Assembly: GCA_951406725.2 (NCBI GenBank)
Contig: OX597837.1
Location: 21,700,001-21,764,000 of the forward strand
Direction of reading: 5' to 3'
Origin: Octopus vulgaris
Taxonomy: Eukaryota
DNA: 64,000 bases
The notes below the pieces were generated by a model that had not been told where the DNA came from, made no database searches, and saw only the letters and a list, made by a program, of their open reading frames with translations. Shown here piece after piece: positions 51,080 through 64,000 of the stretch. Each line of letters starts with the position of its first letter. Within the stretch, counting starts at the first letter, position 1. Both the position numbers and the translations under genes were made by a program.

Positions 51080-53051
51080 CTGAAAAATATGACAGCAACC
51101 ACCACTACTATTATAAATACCTGAATCTTATGAATTAAGCAAAAAAAATATAAAATAAAAAAATTCAACAAATAGATTCCCTATACAAGCATGGCTGTAT
51201 GGTAAGAAGCTTGCTTCTCAACCACATGGTTCCAGGTTCAGTCCCACTGTGTGACATCTTGGACAAGTGTCTTCTACTATAGCTTTGGGCTGACCAAAGC
51301 CTCATGAATGGATTTGGTAGATGGAAACAAAAAGAAGCCCGTTGTGTGTATCTATACATTTGTGTGTGTGTGTGTTATCTATGTATTTGTGTTTGTTCCC
51401 CTGCCATTGCTTGACAACTAATGTTGGTGTGTTTACGTCCCCATAACTTAGCGGTTCAGCAAAAGACTGACAGAATAAATACTAGGCTTACAAAAAATAA
51501 GTCTTGGGGTTGATTTCTTCGACTAAAAACTCTTTAAGGCAGTGCTACAGCATGGCCGCAGTCAAATGACTGAAGCAAGTAAAAGAATTATCAAAATAAA
51601 GACAGACCCAGGCCATGACTTTTTGGTCATTTGCAAAAAGAAAAAACCGTTGTCACAGCAAAAGACCCATATACTATTCACTAGTTTTGCTCTGAAGGCT
51701 TTAAATATCTTAGAGAAAACACTATAACCCTTTATTTTGGAACAAGGCCAGCAGTTTTGAGGAGAGGGTAGTAGTTGATTATATCAACCCCAGTATCCAA
51801 CTAGTACATATTTTACTGACCCCGAAAGGATAAAAGCAAAGCCGACCTTTGCTTTCATCCTTTTGGCTTGAGACAGATGATATGCTGCCAAGCATTTTGC
51901 CTGGCATGCTAGCGATTCTGCCATCTCACAGCCTATAGTATTTCTATATTCAAAGAGTACACTATGTTCAGTTTAACACAGGTACACACTCTTGAAGAAT
52001 TGTATTCAATGCAAAACCTAAGAGTAGATATGGTGATTAAGACAACCAATTGTAAAACCATCTTATTCAATCAATTCATATACAAAGCATTTACTATTTA
52101 CAGAAACTATCAATTTATGTAAGCCATTTTGATACCAACTCACCTGCCACTGCCCCTGGGTCTGTGATACAAACTTCCTATCTTAAAGGGGTCTAAATTA
52201 TAACCTCCCATCAAAATTTCATGTTAACTTCAGCTTCATAATGACATAGACACAAGTGTGGTTGTGTGGTAAGAAGCTTGCTTCCCAACCACATGGTTCT
52301 GGGTTCAGTCCCACCGTGTGGCACCTTGGGCAACTATAGCCTCAGGCTGACAAAGCCTTGTGAGTGGATTTGATAGATGGAAACTGAAAGAAGCTTGTTG
52401 TAATATACATATATATACACTTCCACATAGCCATGTATGTATCTCCCACCACCACTTGACAACTGTTGTTGGTGCGTTCATGTCCCTGTAACTTAGCTGT
52501 TCAGCAAGAGAAACTGATAGAATAAGTGCTAGGCTTAAAAAAGATCTTGGGTTGACTTGTTCAACTAAAATTCTTCAAGGCAGAGCCCAAGCATGACCGC
52601 AGTCAAATGACTGAAACAAGTTAAAAAAGTAGATAAAGTTATGTCGTTATATTCATTATTTTGAAAAATTAATCGAAATAAAGGCAAAGCATTTCAACAA
52701 AAATATGGCTATTGAAAGGTTTAACACAGAAAAACATATCTGAAACACATTCTTATTTCCTTATTGCCCACATGGGGCTAAATATAGAAGGGACAAACAA
52801 GGACAGACAAAGGGATTAAGTCGATTACATTGACTTTACATTGACTCCAGTGCATAACTGGTACTTAATTTATTGACCCCGAAAGGATGAAAGGCAAAGT
52901 CGACCTTGGCAGAATTTGAACTCAGAATGTAGCGCCAGACGAAATACGCTAAGCATTTCGCCCGGCATGCTAACGATTCTGCCAGCTTGCCACCTTGTCT
53001 GAAACACATTCTGCCAACCCATCAAAAAAATGATTAAAAAACGAAAATTAC

Positions 53052-53168
53052 TTGGCAATGACTTGACATACAGCTTTGGTTCTTCTCTTCAGATTATTGG
53101 TGTCTAAACCATCAATGTTCCAAGACAGGATACGAATACGTTTATCTTCACTAATTGCAGCATTTTGT
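53052..53168 (-). CDS. TDP2: TDP2 coding exon, start of the EEP catalytic domain
   Basis: Polypyrimidine tract plus ccAG acceptor, GTAATT donor; 117 nt, phase 2-2. Translates QNAAISEDKRIRILSWNIDGLDTNNLKRRTKAVCQVIA with the TDP2 (S/T)WNIDGLD motif. Too short for the ORF track. Confidence 0.93.
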
Positions 53169-54599
53169 CTGGATTGAGGAAAAAAAAGAATTATGATAAT
53201 GTTGAAACAGTGATAAGAAAGTGGAGAGCTGAATAGTAGGTCTTCAGAGATGAAACTTCACCTCAACATCAAAGAATGGAGTGTAAACAAGAGCCTGGCT
53301 GATTGAATGCTTGCAGCACAACAGAGGAAACTGGAGAGTGTTGGCAAGACAACTGCCTCATGAAGTGCTGATCTCTAATTGTGGAGGGAATGTATAGAAG
53401 AGGTAAACTCAAGAAAACATGGGATGAAGTGGTGAGAAAAGATCTTCAGACATTGGGGTTTCACAGAAACGATGACAAGGGTCCAAAACTTCAGGCAGTT
53501 TACTGTGCTTGAGAAGACATGCTAAGCTAAGAAATATATTGTGGCAGTCCATGCATACAGACATATCCTCTACATCCTTCTCTCAGCCAAGAGATCCTAG
53601 TCTTGCCAGCTCATGGGTGCTGGTACCACATAAATGTACGCATGCTGGTGTCAGGTAAAAGAACCCATACTGGTGCCATAGAGAAGCTCCCAGTACACTT
53701 TGTGAAGTAGTTGGTGTTAGGAAGGAGATTCAGCTGTAGAAACCATGCCAAAACAAACAAATGGAGCCCAGGAAGGTCTCTAAATGGCCACCTCCTGCTT
53801 AACTGTACAACCCATAGCAGCAAGAACAGATGGAGGCAATGTGGCCATTGCCAGTGGCATGAGTGTTGGGTCTCACGGAGGCAATGCCAAATGACCAAGA
53901 TCTTTGGCAATATGCCGATTCAGAAGGAAGACTCATCTAGCCAAATGAAACCATAGTCATGGCAGATACAGGCATCACACGACTGGCACCTGTGCAGGTG
54001 GCACGTAAAAGCACAATTACATTCTTGGAGTGGTTGACATTAGGAAGGGCATCCAGCCATAGAAACCATGCCAAATCAGATTGGAGCCTGGTGCAGCCCC
54101 TCAGTTTATCAACATCATCATCGTCGTTTAACGTCCACTTTTCATGTCGGCATGTGTTGGATGGCTTGACTGAGTGCTGGCAAGCCAGAAGGCTGCACCA
54201 GGTTCCAACCTGATCAGGCAAAGTTTCTACAGCTGGATGCCCTTCTTAACACAAATCATTCCAAGAGTGTAGTGGGTGCTTTTTTACTTGCCACCAGCAT
54301 GGGAGTCAGTCAGGCAGCACTGGTAACGACCACACTCCAATGGTGTTTTTTATGTGCCACCAGCATGGAAGCCAGTCAGCTGGCACTGACTACGCTCAAA
54401 TGGTGCTTTTTACGTGCCACCGGCACAGGAGCTAGTCAGGTGGCACTGGCCATGACCACTCTTGAAATGTGCTTTTTACGTGCCACTGGCACAGGAGCCA
54501 GTCAGGTGGCACTGGCCATGACCACTCTTGAAATGTGCTTTTTACGTGCCACTGGCACAGGTGCCAATCAGGCGGTACACTCATTGGCCACGACAATCA

Positions 54600-54750
54600 G
54601 TGGTGTTTTTCCCTGGCACAAACCCAAACTGCATCTCATCCAAACTAACTCTCTCCCTAATTAGTTGGGCTATGACCCTCTCTGTGACTTTCATTACCTG
54701 ATCCAACAACTTGATACCTCTGTAATTATTCGTATCTAATGCATCGCTAA
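54600..54750 (-). mobile_element. RTE reverse transcriptase fragment
   Basis: NNYRGIKLLDQVMKVTERVI...DEMQFGFVPGKNTTD. Confidence 0.8.
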
Positions 54751-55724
54751 TGTGAAAAAATGTCCAAGTTGACACTGGCATAAAGGGAGGTAACTCAAAT
54801 AAAAATAAAGCAAGCCACTGTTTATAGTTGAATTTCTGTCAATAATTCAATGCTGCATGCCTCAAGTATATGCAGGAGCAGTAAAGAAATATATATGCAG
54901 GTTTGGTGCAAATTAGCACTTTACTGGAAAATAAACTATGCACCAAACTTGCATAAGCTGATGTTGTGCAGCAATCAATGAATTGCAAACTAAGTTCCCA
55001 CACCCATGTCATTTGATAAACTTAGTTCTCTCTTCCCAATGATGCTGAAGTCTAACTTTTTTGTCTTCATGCATAGTTTGCTTACATAGATATATTAGAA
55101 AAAAAAAAGACACGAAAATCATGTGAAATTCAACTATCCAGGGTTTTTTGAGTAGCTGGAGTTTGCAGGAGTGGCTGTGTGGTAAGAAGCTTGCTTCCGA
55201 ACCACATGGTTCTAGGTTCAGTCCCACTGTATGTCACCTTGGGCAAGTGTCTTGTTATAGCCTCGGGCTGACCAAAGCCTTGAGTGGATTTGGTAGACGG
55301 AAACTGAAAGAAGCCCATCACACATGTGTGTGTGTGTGTGTATTTGTGTGTCTGTGTTTGACCCCCAACCATCACTTGACAACTGATGTTCATGTTTACA
55401 TCCTATAACTTAGCAGTTCAGGAAAGAGACTAACAGAATAGTACTAGGCTTACAAAGAATAAATGCTAGGGTTGATTTGTTTGACTGAATGCAGTGCTCC
55501 AGCATGGCTGCAGTGAAATGACTGAAACAAGTAAAAGAATAATATCTTTACTCTTAACCATCTGAGTGCTCTACTACTACTTGAACTTCATACCACAGCA
55601 TGGCTAAGTGGTAAGAAGCTTGTGTCCTAATCACATGGTTCTGGGTTCAGTCCCACTGTGTGGCACTTTGGACAAGTGTCTTTTACTATAGCCTCGGGCT
55701 GAACGAAGCCCATCGTATATATAT

Positions 55725-56915
55725 CATCATCATCATCTAATGTCCATTGTCCATGCTGTCATAGATTTGACTGGGCTGGCACGCTGGAAGGCTGCAGCAG
55801 ACTCCAGTCTGACATGGCATGGTTTTCTATGGCGAGATGCCCTTCCTAACGCCAACCACTCCAAAAGTGTAATGGGTGCTTTTATGTAACACCAGCATGA
55901 GTGCCATTTGCATGACACCAGTATCTGCCACAACTGCCATGATGGGTTTTCTCAAGCTTGACATAATGCCAAAGGTCTCAGTCATTGTCTCCATGAGACT
56001 CAACATTCAAAGGACGTTCTTTACATGCTACCAGCACGGGTGTACATGGCTTGATGGGTCCTCTTAAAGGTCTCTCACCAGTCATTACCTCTGTGAGGCT
56101 CAGATCATGCTTCACCACATTGTCCCCCACCTTCCTGAGTCTCCCCCTACCACAGGTAGAGATTGGCACACCTTTACACAGCTGTCCCCATCCACAGCAC
56201 AGTCATCTCTCTTGCGCACCACATGATTCCTCTTATACCTAACTTTTTTCTCAAGATGCCTACACTCTGTCTAACATGCACATCCAGCGAAGCATACAGG
56301 CTTCATTTCTTTCAAGCCTATACATGTCCTCGGCTGTCACAGCCCATGTTTGACTGCCATGCAGCACAGCTGATCACACACAGGCATCAAACAATCTAAC
56401 TTTCACTCTGTGAGAAAGAGAGAGAGAGAGAGGGGGTCCCTTTGTTGCCAGCAGGGGTAGGAACTCTCTGAACTTTGCCCAGCCTAATCTTATAATCTTA
56501 TTCTTATAGCTATGCTCTTGGAGCATCCCCCTCCACTACTAACTTGGTCACCTAGATAACACAAGCCATCTACTACCTCTAGCTTGCACCCCTGACAGTT
56601 GATGGAGTCTACTTTCTGCACATTTTCAGCATTTATTGCACCTGTGCATCTTCCACATACAAAAGCTAGTTTCCCTGTTAACCTTCCTCTAATGTTGCTG
56701 CACCTTTTATGTGTCCAAAGCTAACACTGGGTGAATCTTATGGAGATTCTACCTACACCTTTTCTACAGATTGAGCAGGGGCATCTACCTGAAGGGATTT
56801 GTGGTTTGTCTTCCTTCCTACTTACTAAGACTTTAGTTTTTGCTAGGTTATCCCTAAGCCCCTTTGATTCTAGACCTTTTTTCCATACTTGAAGTTTTGT
56901 CAGTGAACAGGTCAG
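55725..56915 (-). mobile_element. RTE LINE 3' portion with Cys-rich finger, running into the family-C 3' UTR
   Basis: WKKGLESKGLRDNLAKTKVLV...CPCSICRKGVG...WTHKRC...; C-terminus GRLRKVGDNVVKHDL; then the family-C tail and (GAT)n. Confidence 0.8.
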
Positions 56916-57227
56916 TTTCATTTTGCGTCATGATACGATGGTGTCAAATAGCAGGGCAAGATGTGAAGCCAGCCAGCCCCATGTCAAATTGTTCAACTAA
57001 TGCTAGCATTGAAAGCATGAGAGGGTGGGTGTATTGCGAACAAGAAACCAGGATTATCTTGAAATTCCATTTTATTTACAATAGGAACCATTTGAACATT
57101 TGAAAACATGTTTAAATAAGCAAAATACTAAATGTATATGTGGTTTTGTATGTACAGGTCATGATGAAAATGAAAACGAAATGGAATTTCTTTTCAACAG
57201 CAAGTTATTCAAATTGTTAACACTTAC

Positions 57228-57400
57228 AGCAAACCTTGAGGCTCTAATGAAAGTCGTGGCTTTTTCTTTTTAGAAGAATTAATTTCGTTATTTTCTTGAG
57301 AGCATCTTGGTGTATTTTTGGTCGTTTCTTTACTATCACTGGTACTGTCCTGACTGGTTTCCTCACCTCCATTTTTTTCAAAGTAAAAGTTTACTGCACA
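57228..57400 (-). CDS. TDP2: TDP2 coding exon (end of UBA-like domain plus low-complexity linker); first exon visible in the window
   Basis: Acceptor tttctccgcAG, donor GTAAGT. Translates CAVNFYFEKNGGEETSQDSTSDSKETTKNTPRCSQENNEINSSKKKKPRLSLEPQGL plus 2 nt. The phase-2 end fits the next exon. AVNFYFE resembles the last UBA helix of TDP2 (human ALNSYFE). Confidence 0.8.
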
Positions 57401-59062
57401 CTGCGGAGAAAGATGAAAGCATTAATAATTATAAATTCTAACACGATTTTTGTTGTTGGGTAGCAACTTTTGTTTCCTATCTGTTAACTCCCAGAAAGCA
57501 TGAAAAATAGTTAATATTTCCATCAAACTTTGCCTCTGTTACATTTATTCAAACCCCAAAGAATCCCTCGCAACACATGGCTATGTTACTTCCCTACTAC
57601 TCCTGCTTGCGATCAGAGACACACATATTGTCAGCCACTAAGGGACATGTTTAACCCTTTAGTGTTTGCATTATTCTACCAAAATTAATGCTTTTTCTTC
57701 CACTTTGTTTTGAACTAATCTTGCATTATCTTGTAGCTATGAGATTTTGATGAGGTAGCTGTTAATTTTTAAAACGATATTGTAGGGTTGGTGTGAGAGA
57801 CGAGATCTGGCCAGTTTGAACATAAAACAGGCAGAATACTTTTGGCTGGATATGGCCGGTTTAAATGCTAAAGGGTTAAGTGGTTACGGTCAAGCACCCG
57901 ACAAGCAAATGTGTGGTATTGAGCAGAATATTTGCTTTAATGGATATAATGATATTTCTGCTTCAGCAACTCAGCACTGAATCTGTCTGAAATGTAATGG
58001 AAAATAAGTCAGCTTCAAAATATTGATGGCCAGGTGACAAAAGCAAAGTTTGAAGAAGGGAACAGTACTCATTTCCTTTGATTTCTGGATAGAAACAAAT
58101 AAGAAAATGGAATTTCAAGATAATCAAGATAGATTAAAGATAAAGAAAAAAAAAGTTGTATAGTGTAATAAAACATTTGGAATTAGAAATTTTACAGTTG
58201 ATACAGCACTTCGTATAGTGCAGAGGATTATCTTGAAATTCCATTTTATTTACAATAGGAACCATTCGAACATTTGAAAACATTTTTAAATAAGTAAAAT
58301 ACATAATGTATATGTGGTTTTATATGTACATGTTTTTTTGTTTTTTACATGGCCATACAATGGGACTGAACCAGAAACCATGTGGTTAAGAAGCTAGCTT
58401 CTACCACACAGCCATGCCTGTACCTTTCACTTGTTTCAGTTATTGGACTGTGGTCATGTTGTGGCACCACCTCAAAGGGTTTAGTCAAACAAATTGATCC
58501 AATTCCTTATTTTTTAAAGCCTGGTATTTCTTCTATTGGTCTCTTTTGCCAAATCACAAGGTTATGGGGATGCAAATAAACCAACATTGGTTGTCAAGCA
58601 GTAGTGAGGGACAGAGGGACAAACACGACACAAACACACAATGGGCTTCATTTAGTTTCCGTCTACCAAATCCACTCACAAGGCTTTGGCTGGCCTGATG
58701 CTACAGCAGAAGACACTTGCCCAATGTGCCACATGATGGGACTGAACCCAGAACAATGTGGTTAGGAAGCAAACTTCTTACCACACAGCTACACCTACAT
58801 CTATCATTCATGTTTGTTTAACATCCATTTTGCCAAGTTAGCATGGATTCGATAAGGATATATTTGAGGTAGGATTTTACAGCCAGGTGCAGTGGGGGGG
58901 GGGGGGGAAGACACCCAACCACAGAAACCATGCCAAAACTGAGACACTGGAGCATGACAAAGCCCTCTGAGTCATTGGATCCATGTCAAATTATCCAACT
59001 CACTGCAACATGTAAGATGGATGTAAAATGACAAGTGATGATGCTGACACACACACACACAC

Positions 59063-60620
59063 AAAGGTCAGCTGAAAAGTTCATAGGCTTCTCTCGTGGA
59101 ATGTGACCAAATGAAGTTTAATTTTCAAAACAGCCCCCTTTGCAGTCCACACACTCTTAAGTTAAGTTAAGTTAGTTCAGGCCATTTCTGGTCAAGAGAG
59201 ACTTTGAACCGAGCGGTCGTCAGCATCTTCACCATCTCATCCGGCAGCTTATTCCACGGATCCGCAACCTGGACGGAAAAAGCCCCTCTCCTTCGATTGA
59301 GATGAAATCGTCACAGATAGAGCTTTTCGGAGTGACCCCGCAGCCGACACTCTGGAGCAGGAGTGAAGAACAGCTCTTTCGAGAGGTTACACTTTCCGCT
59401 TGTGATGTTGTGAGCAAGAATGAGATCACCACGGCGTCGTCGTTTTTCTAGAGAATAAAGGTCGAGCGTCTTCAGCCTTTCTTCCCATCAGTGTTGCAAT
59501 GTTTAGATCCCATTGGTGAAAAAGCTTTCATCTTGTTGGTCAATAAAGTCATCAACAGCAAATACAACGTTATCACCACTGTAATACTGGTCTCTAGCCA
59601 AATGTTTTCTCATGTTGGAGAACAGATGATAGACAGTTGGGACAAAACCTGGAGAATAAGGAGAGTGATCAACCAGTCTAAAAGCCACAGTCATGCACAG
59701 CAGCCACTGAAACCAAGGATTTGTATGCCGGAGCATTGTGTTGATGAAATAAGACCCCTTTCATAAGTTTTCCCCAAACATTTTGGTCTTGATAGGCTTT
59801 CGTAGCTGCTTCAGCAAGCTGGAATAGTACTCCCCATTGATAATGTGGTCCTTTTGAAAATAGTTAATAAACACATTTCCTTTTGCGTGCCAAAAAACTG
59901 AGGCCATCACTTTCCCAGTAAATGAAACAACCTTGACTTTCTTTGGAGCAGGTGAGGAGGGATGTTTCCACTGCATGGATTGCCTCTTTGTCGCTGGCTC
60001 AAAGTGATACACCCAACACTCATCCTGGCATAGGAAATATTCAAGGATACCAGCTGGATCTGCCTCAAACTGTGTCAGATTTTCCCATGATGTGACCAGG
60101 TGTCAGAAGACGCGACACTCACTGAGCAGCCACTTTGGTCATGCCAAGTTCATTGTGCAGAATATTCCCAACTCTGAGATGTGCTAATAGGCTTGGTTAT
60201 CTGATTTATAGTCGCTTGTCATCCATCACCATGTGGAGAACACAATCAATGTTTCCTTCTGTGGTGGCAGATGCAGGACACCCAAACCATGGGTCATTTT
60301 CAAAACTCTCCCTTCGTCTTTTAAATCCTGTTGCCTACTTCTGCACTGTTGATAAAGCTGGAGCATCATCCCCTAATGTAGCAACCATGTCAGTATGAAT
60401 GTCATTGGGGGCTAAACCCTTTTTCTGCAGGCACTTGACAACACCACAATGTCAAATTTTGTCCATATTCAAGAAAAGTCACGAAGTCTTCTTTGGACAG
60501 TCAGGTGTCAGTTTACCCGAAAAGCAACAATGCAGTTATTAATAAAAAGTGTTGAAATTAATGCACGCAAGATTTCACAGCTCTAGTGTCACTCTTTTAA
60601 TGTCAGCCTATGAACTTTTC
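59063..60620 (-). mobile_element. Decayed mariner in a TDP2 intron
   Basis: TIR core GAAAAGTTCATAGGCT at 59074-59089 and its reverse complement at 60605-60620. Transposase fragments from about 60466: YHFEPATKRQSMQWKH..GKVMASVFW, HSPYSPGFVPTVYHLF. Confidence 0.85.
59157..59484 (-). mobile_element. 5'-truncated CR1-clade LINE 3' end nested in the mariner
   Basis: EERLKTLDLYSLEKRRRRGDLI...RLRGHSEKL...FSVQVADPWNKLP...FKVSLD followed by an (AACTT)n tail. Confidence 0.85.
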
Positions 60621-61095
60621 CGTGCTGGTGGCATGTAAAAAGCACCAACCGATCGTGGCTGTTGCTAGCCTACCCTGGCACCATCCGTATATGGCTGATG
60701 CCAGCGCCGCCTTGACTGGCTTCCGTGTCAGTGGCACGTAAAAACCACCAACCGATCGTGACCATTGCCAGCCTCCCCTGACACCTGTGCTGGTGGCACA
60801 TAAAAAGCACCATCCATACGTAGTTGATGCCAGCGCTGGCTTCCGTGCCGGTGGCACGTAAAAAGCACCCATTACACTCACGGAGTGGTTGGCATTAGGA
60901 AGGGCATCCAGCTGTAGAAATACTGCCAGATCAGGCTGGAGCCTGGTGCAGCCTCCTAGCTTCCCAGTTGAGCCATCCAATACATGCTGGCATGGAAAAT
61001 GGACGTTAAACGATGAAACGAAAAAAAAACAAACTCAAATACACAAACCAAGCAAATTAATATAAGACAACTAGATAATTCTTTACACTTTAGCA

Positions 61096-61442
61096 CAGTG
61101 GTTCTTAACCTGAAGGGTGGGGAACAGGCATGTCAGTAATTTCCGGGGGGGGGGGGGTGCAAGCCCTTGATAAAATGCAAGAATCTCTCTAATCATATTT
61201 GTTATTCTCTAGATGAGAGCATGGTCAAATAATGAGAAGTTTATGAAAAAATGCATAAGTATTGCCTCATACCTTTAGTTTTTTTATTCTATCTTAGCAC
61301 CACTTACCATTTTCTGTACTTATTGTTCCCCTACCCACATCATATACCTCAAAACCCTCACTAATTCTGAATTGTAGCTTTAATATTTGCCTTTATTTTG
61401 TAATATTTTTCATTACAACATGACTCAGGTTAAGAACTACTG
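61096..61442. mobile_element. hAT Charlie-type MITE
   Basis: CAGTGGTTCTTAACCTGA...TCAGGTTAAGAACTACTG TIRs. Confidence 0.7.
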
Positions 61443-61801
61443 GTATAAAGCTTAGATATTATTATCGTGTAAAGACAAACACCTTTTGCAGTTAATAGAT
61501 TACAAACAAGTTTGATCCAGTTTTCATATACATGAAATAAGGTGATTCTTAAAAGTCAAGAAACGTGCTGAAACATGATCAAATCATTACTCTACTCTTA
61601 CTCTTTTACTTGTTTCAGTCATTTGACTGCGGCCATGCTGGAGCACCGCCTTTAGTCGAACAAATCGATCCCGGGACTTATTCTTTGTAAGCCCAGTACT
61701 TATTCTATCGGTCTCTTTTGCCGAACCGCTAAGTAACGGGGACGTAAACACACCAGCATCGGTTGTCAAGCAATGCTAGGGGGACAAACACAGACACACA
61801 A

Positions 61802-61832
<31 letters not shown>

Positions 61833-64000
61833 CATATATACGACGGGCTTCTTTCAGTTTCCGTCTACCAAATCCACTCACAAGGCTTTGGTCGGCCCGA
61901 GGCTATAGTAGAAGACACTTGCCCAAGGTGCCACACAGTGGGACTGAACCCAGAACCATGTGGTTGGTAAACAAGCTACTTACCACACAGCCACTCCTGC
62001 GCCTATTATAGTAACATACTAAGAAATATTAACTTAATTTTAAAAATTGAAAACAATTTTTAAATTTTAGGAAGATGAAATGTATGATATATTTAAAAAT
62101 AGGAAATAATACAAAAAAAGTATGTAATAGGTTCTACTATTGCTCAATTTAAAAAAAAAAGTCTCAAAAGAATTAAAATAGATGGGAAAAATAAAAAGAC
62201 TTTAACAATAAAACCCAAATTTTTAATATTAAATGTTTATGTTAAAAATATAGTAAATTTTTTCTGAGGAAAAAAATTATAATATAAAACCAAATGTTAA
62301 ACTAAAATTCAGATTTAAATATTACAGAAAGCACTAGGTAAAACTAAAAACTATGCAAAATCTTTTCTTTTGTAAAGAAAAGGTTTAAAATTTTTTTCGT
62401 ACAAATAACTGAAACGAATACAGAAGTAAAGAGTAAAAAGTATATTTTGTATAATGTGACTAATCCATATTCAATAAAAAGACTAAAAACATTTTAGATT
62501 TTATTTAAAATCTGGGAGGGAATTTTATTAATAGATGCAAGGGAGTGGTGTGGGGTGGAGAGAAGGGCAAATTCCTAGGGGAGGCATGGCAGTAAAAAGG
62601 TTAAGAACCACTGCTTCCACATATTGAGATTACTTTGTCGAATGCCATGCTTGTCTCTGTTATTCTTTTACTTGTTTCAGTCATTTGACAGCGGCCATGC
62701 TGGAGCACCGCCTTTAGTCGAAGAAATTGACCCCAGGACTTATTCTTTGTAAGCCTAGTACTTATTCTATTGGTCTCTTTTGCCAAATCGCTAAGTGACG
62801 GGGACGTAAACACACCAGCATCGGTTGTCAAGCGATGTTGGGGGACAAACACAGACACACAAATATATACGCACACATACATATAGATGGGCTTCTTTCA
62901 GTTTCCGTCTACCAAATCCACTCACAAGGCTTTGGTTGGCCCGAAGCTATAGTAGAAGACACTTGCTCTCATGTTCCATATAGTGGGACTGAACTCGGAA
63001 CTATGTGGTTGGTAAGCAAGCTACTTACCACACAGCCATTCCTGTGTCTATTCACATTGTTTTGAATTAATCATGCAATATCTTGTGACTGAAATTTCAG
63101 ATTACTTTTAGAACATCTCCTTGAACTGTCTTTATCAGACCCACCACCTCTGCTGCCGTCCTCAGAACATGACTCAGCCAACTCATCCCTTTTCTCTTTA
63201 TATCTATCTCTAGCTCTGTTATTATTACTTTCTTGTGATTTCATTGTTTGTTTTCCTCTCTCAGTGATATGCTGCTCATGCAATGAACCTTTCTTGTCTC
63301 CTCTGCTACTCCACGTTCATTATCCATCCCCGAAGTCATCATCATCATCGTTTAACGTCCGTTTTCTGCGCTAGCACGGGTTGGACGGTTCGACCGGGGT
63401 CTGGGAAGCCAGGGGCTGCACCAGGCTCCAGTCTGATCTGGCAGTGTTTCTACAGCTGGATGCCCTTCCTAACGCCAACCACTCCGCGAGTGTAGTGGGT
63501 GCTTTTTACGTGCCACCTGCACAGGTGCCAGGGGGGTTTGGCATCGGCCACGATCGGTTGGTGCTTTTAACGTGCCACCGACACGGAAGCCACGATCGGT
63601 TGGTGCTTTTAACGTGCCACCGACACGGAAGCCAGCCAAGGCGGCGCTGGCCTAACAATATTCACGCATGCAGTATACACCCTTCCCTTTAGTTCCATTG
63701 AGACTCTCTTCCTCCCTAATAAGCAGTCCACTTAATTTCCAGGACTTCTTCCATGTGCAACTATAATATACTAGCAGTATCGCCCGGCGTTGCTCAGGTT
63801 TGTAAGGGAAATAACTATAAAGCATTTTTAGAGAGTTATAGCCAAAAAATAGCAAAAAAATGGAAAAAAACAAATGATGGTAAATTTTTTTTGAGAGTTA
63901 AAAAAGGTGGAGTTGCGTCCCCTAGACGGTCTGTGGTTTGGGTTTCTCATTCTCGACCCCATGTCGAATTTATCGATTTTTTTCAGAACTGGGGGAACTT

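Noticed and set aside
57401-64000. Search for TDP2 exon 1 (main UBA body)
   Set aside because: No F-x-x-I-T...A...L...W-x-L-like exon with a phase-0 donor was recognised; presumed beyond the window.

Overview
AT-rich, repeat-dense animal genomic DNA. The SINE families resemble those of Octopus (inferred from recall, not a database match). Two intron-containing host genes are visible, both on the minus strand. (1) TDP2: five coding exons at 57400-57228, 53168-53052, 51079-50869, 49557-49387 and 46109-45822, with GT-AG sites and compatible phases; the first exon appears to lie beyond base 64000. (2) The first coding exon (10123-9985) of a Ras-family GTPase (RERG/RASL12-like) that the ORF track missed; no downstream exon was found in the window. 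The rest is SINEs, RTE/CR1 LINE fragments, decayed mariner/Tc1/hAT transposons, piggyBac-, Merlin-, Tc2- and Helitron-like short elements, a decayed Gypsy element and microsatellites. Most ORF-track entries are repeat artefacts. The two most unusual structures are: a 1.6-kb TSD-flanked mini-retroelement with two different LTRs, one palindromic, around an anticodon-less tRNA-Trp mimic/PBS and a PPT (21088-22681); and a tRNA-headed SINE-like element carrying a Penelope-type minimal hammerhead ribozyme, preceded by an inverted partial copy of itself (39642-40086). Other minimal hammerhead motifs lie in the last TDP2 intron. Repeat boundaries are read by eye and are approximate unless TSD/TIR positions are stated.
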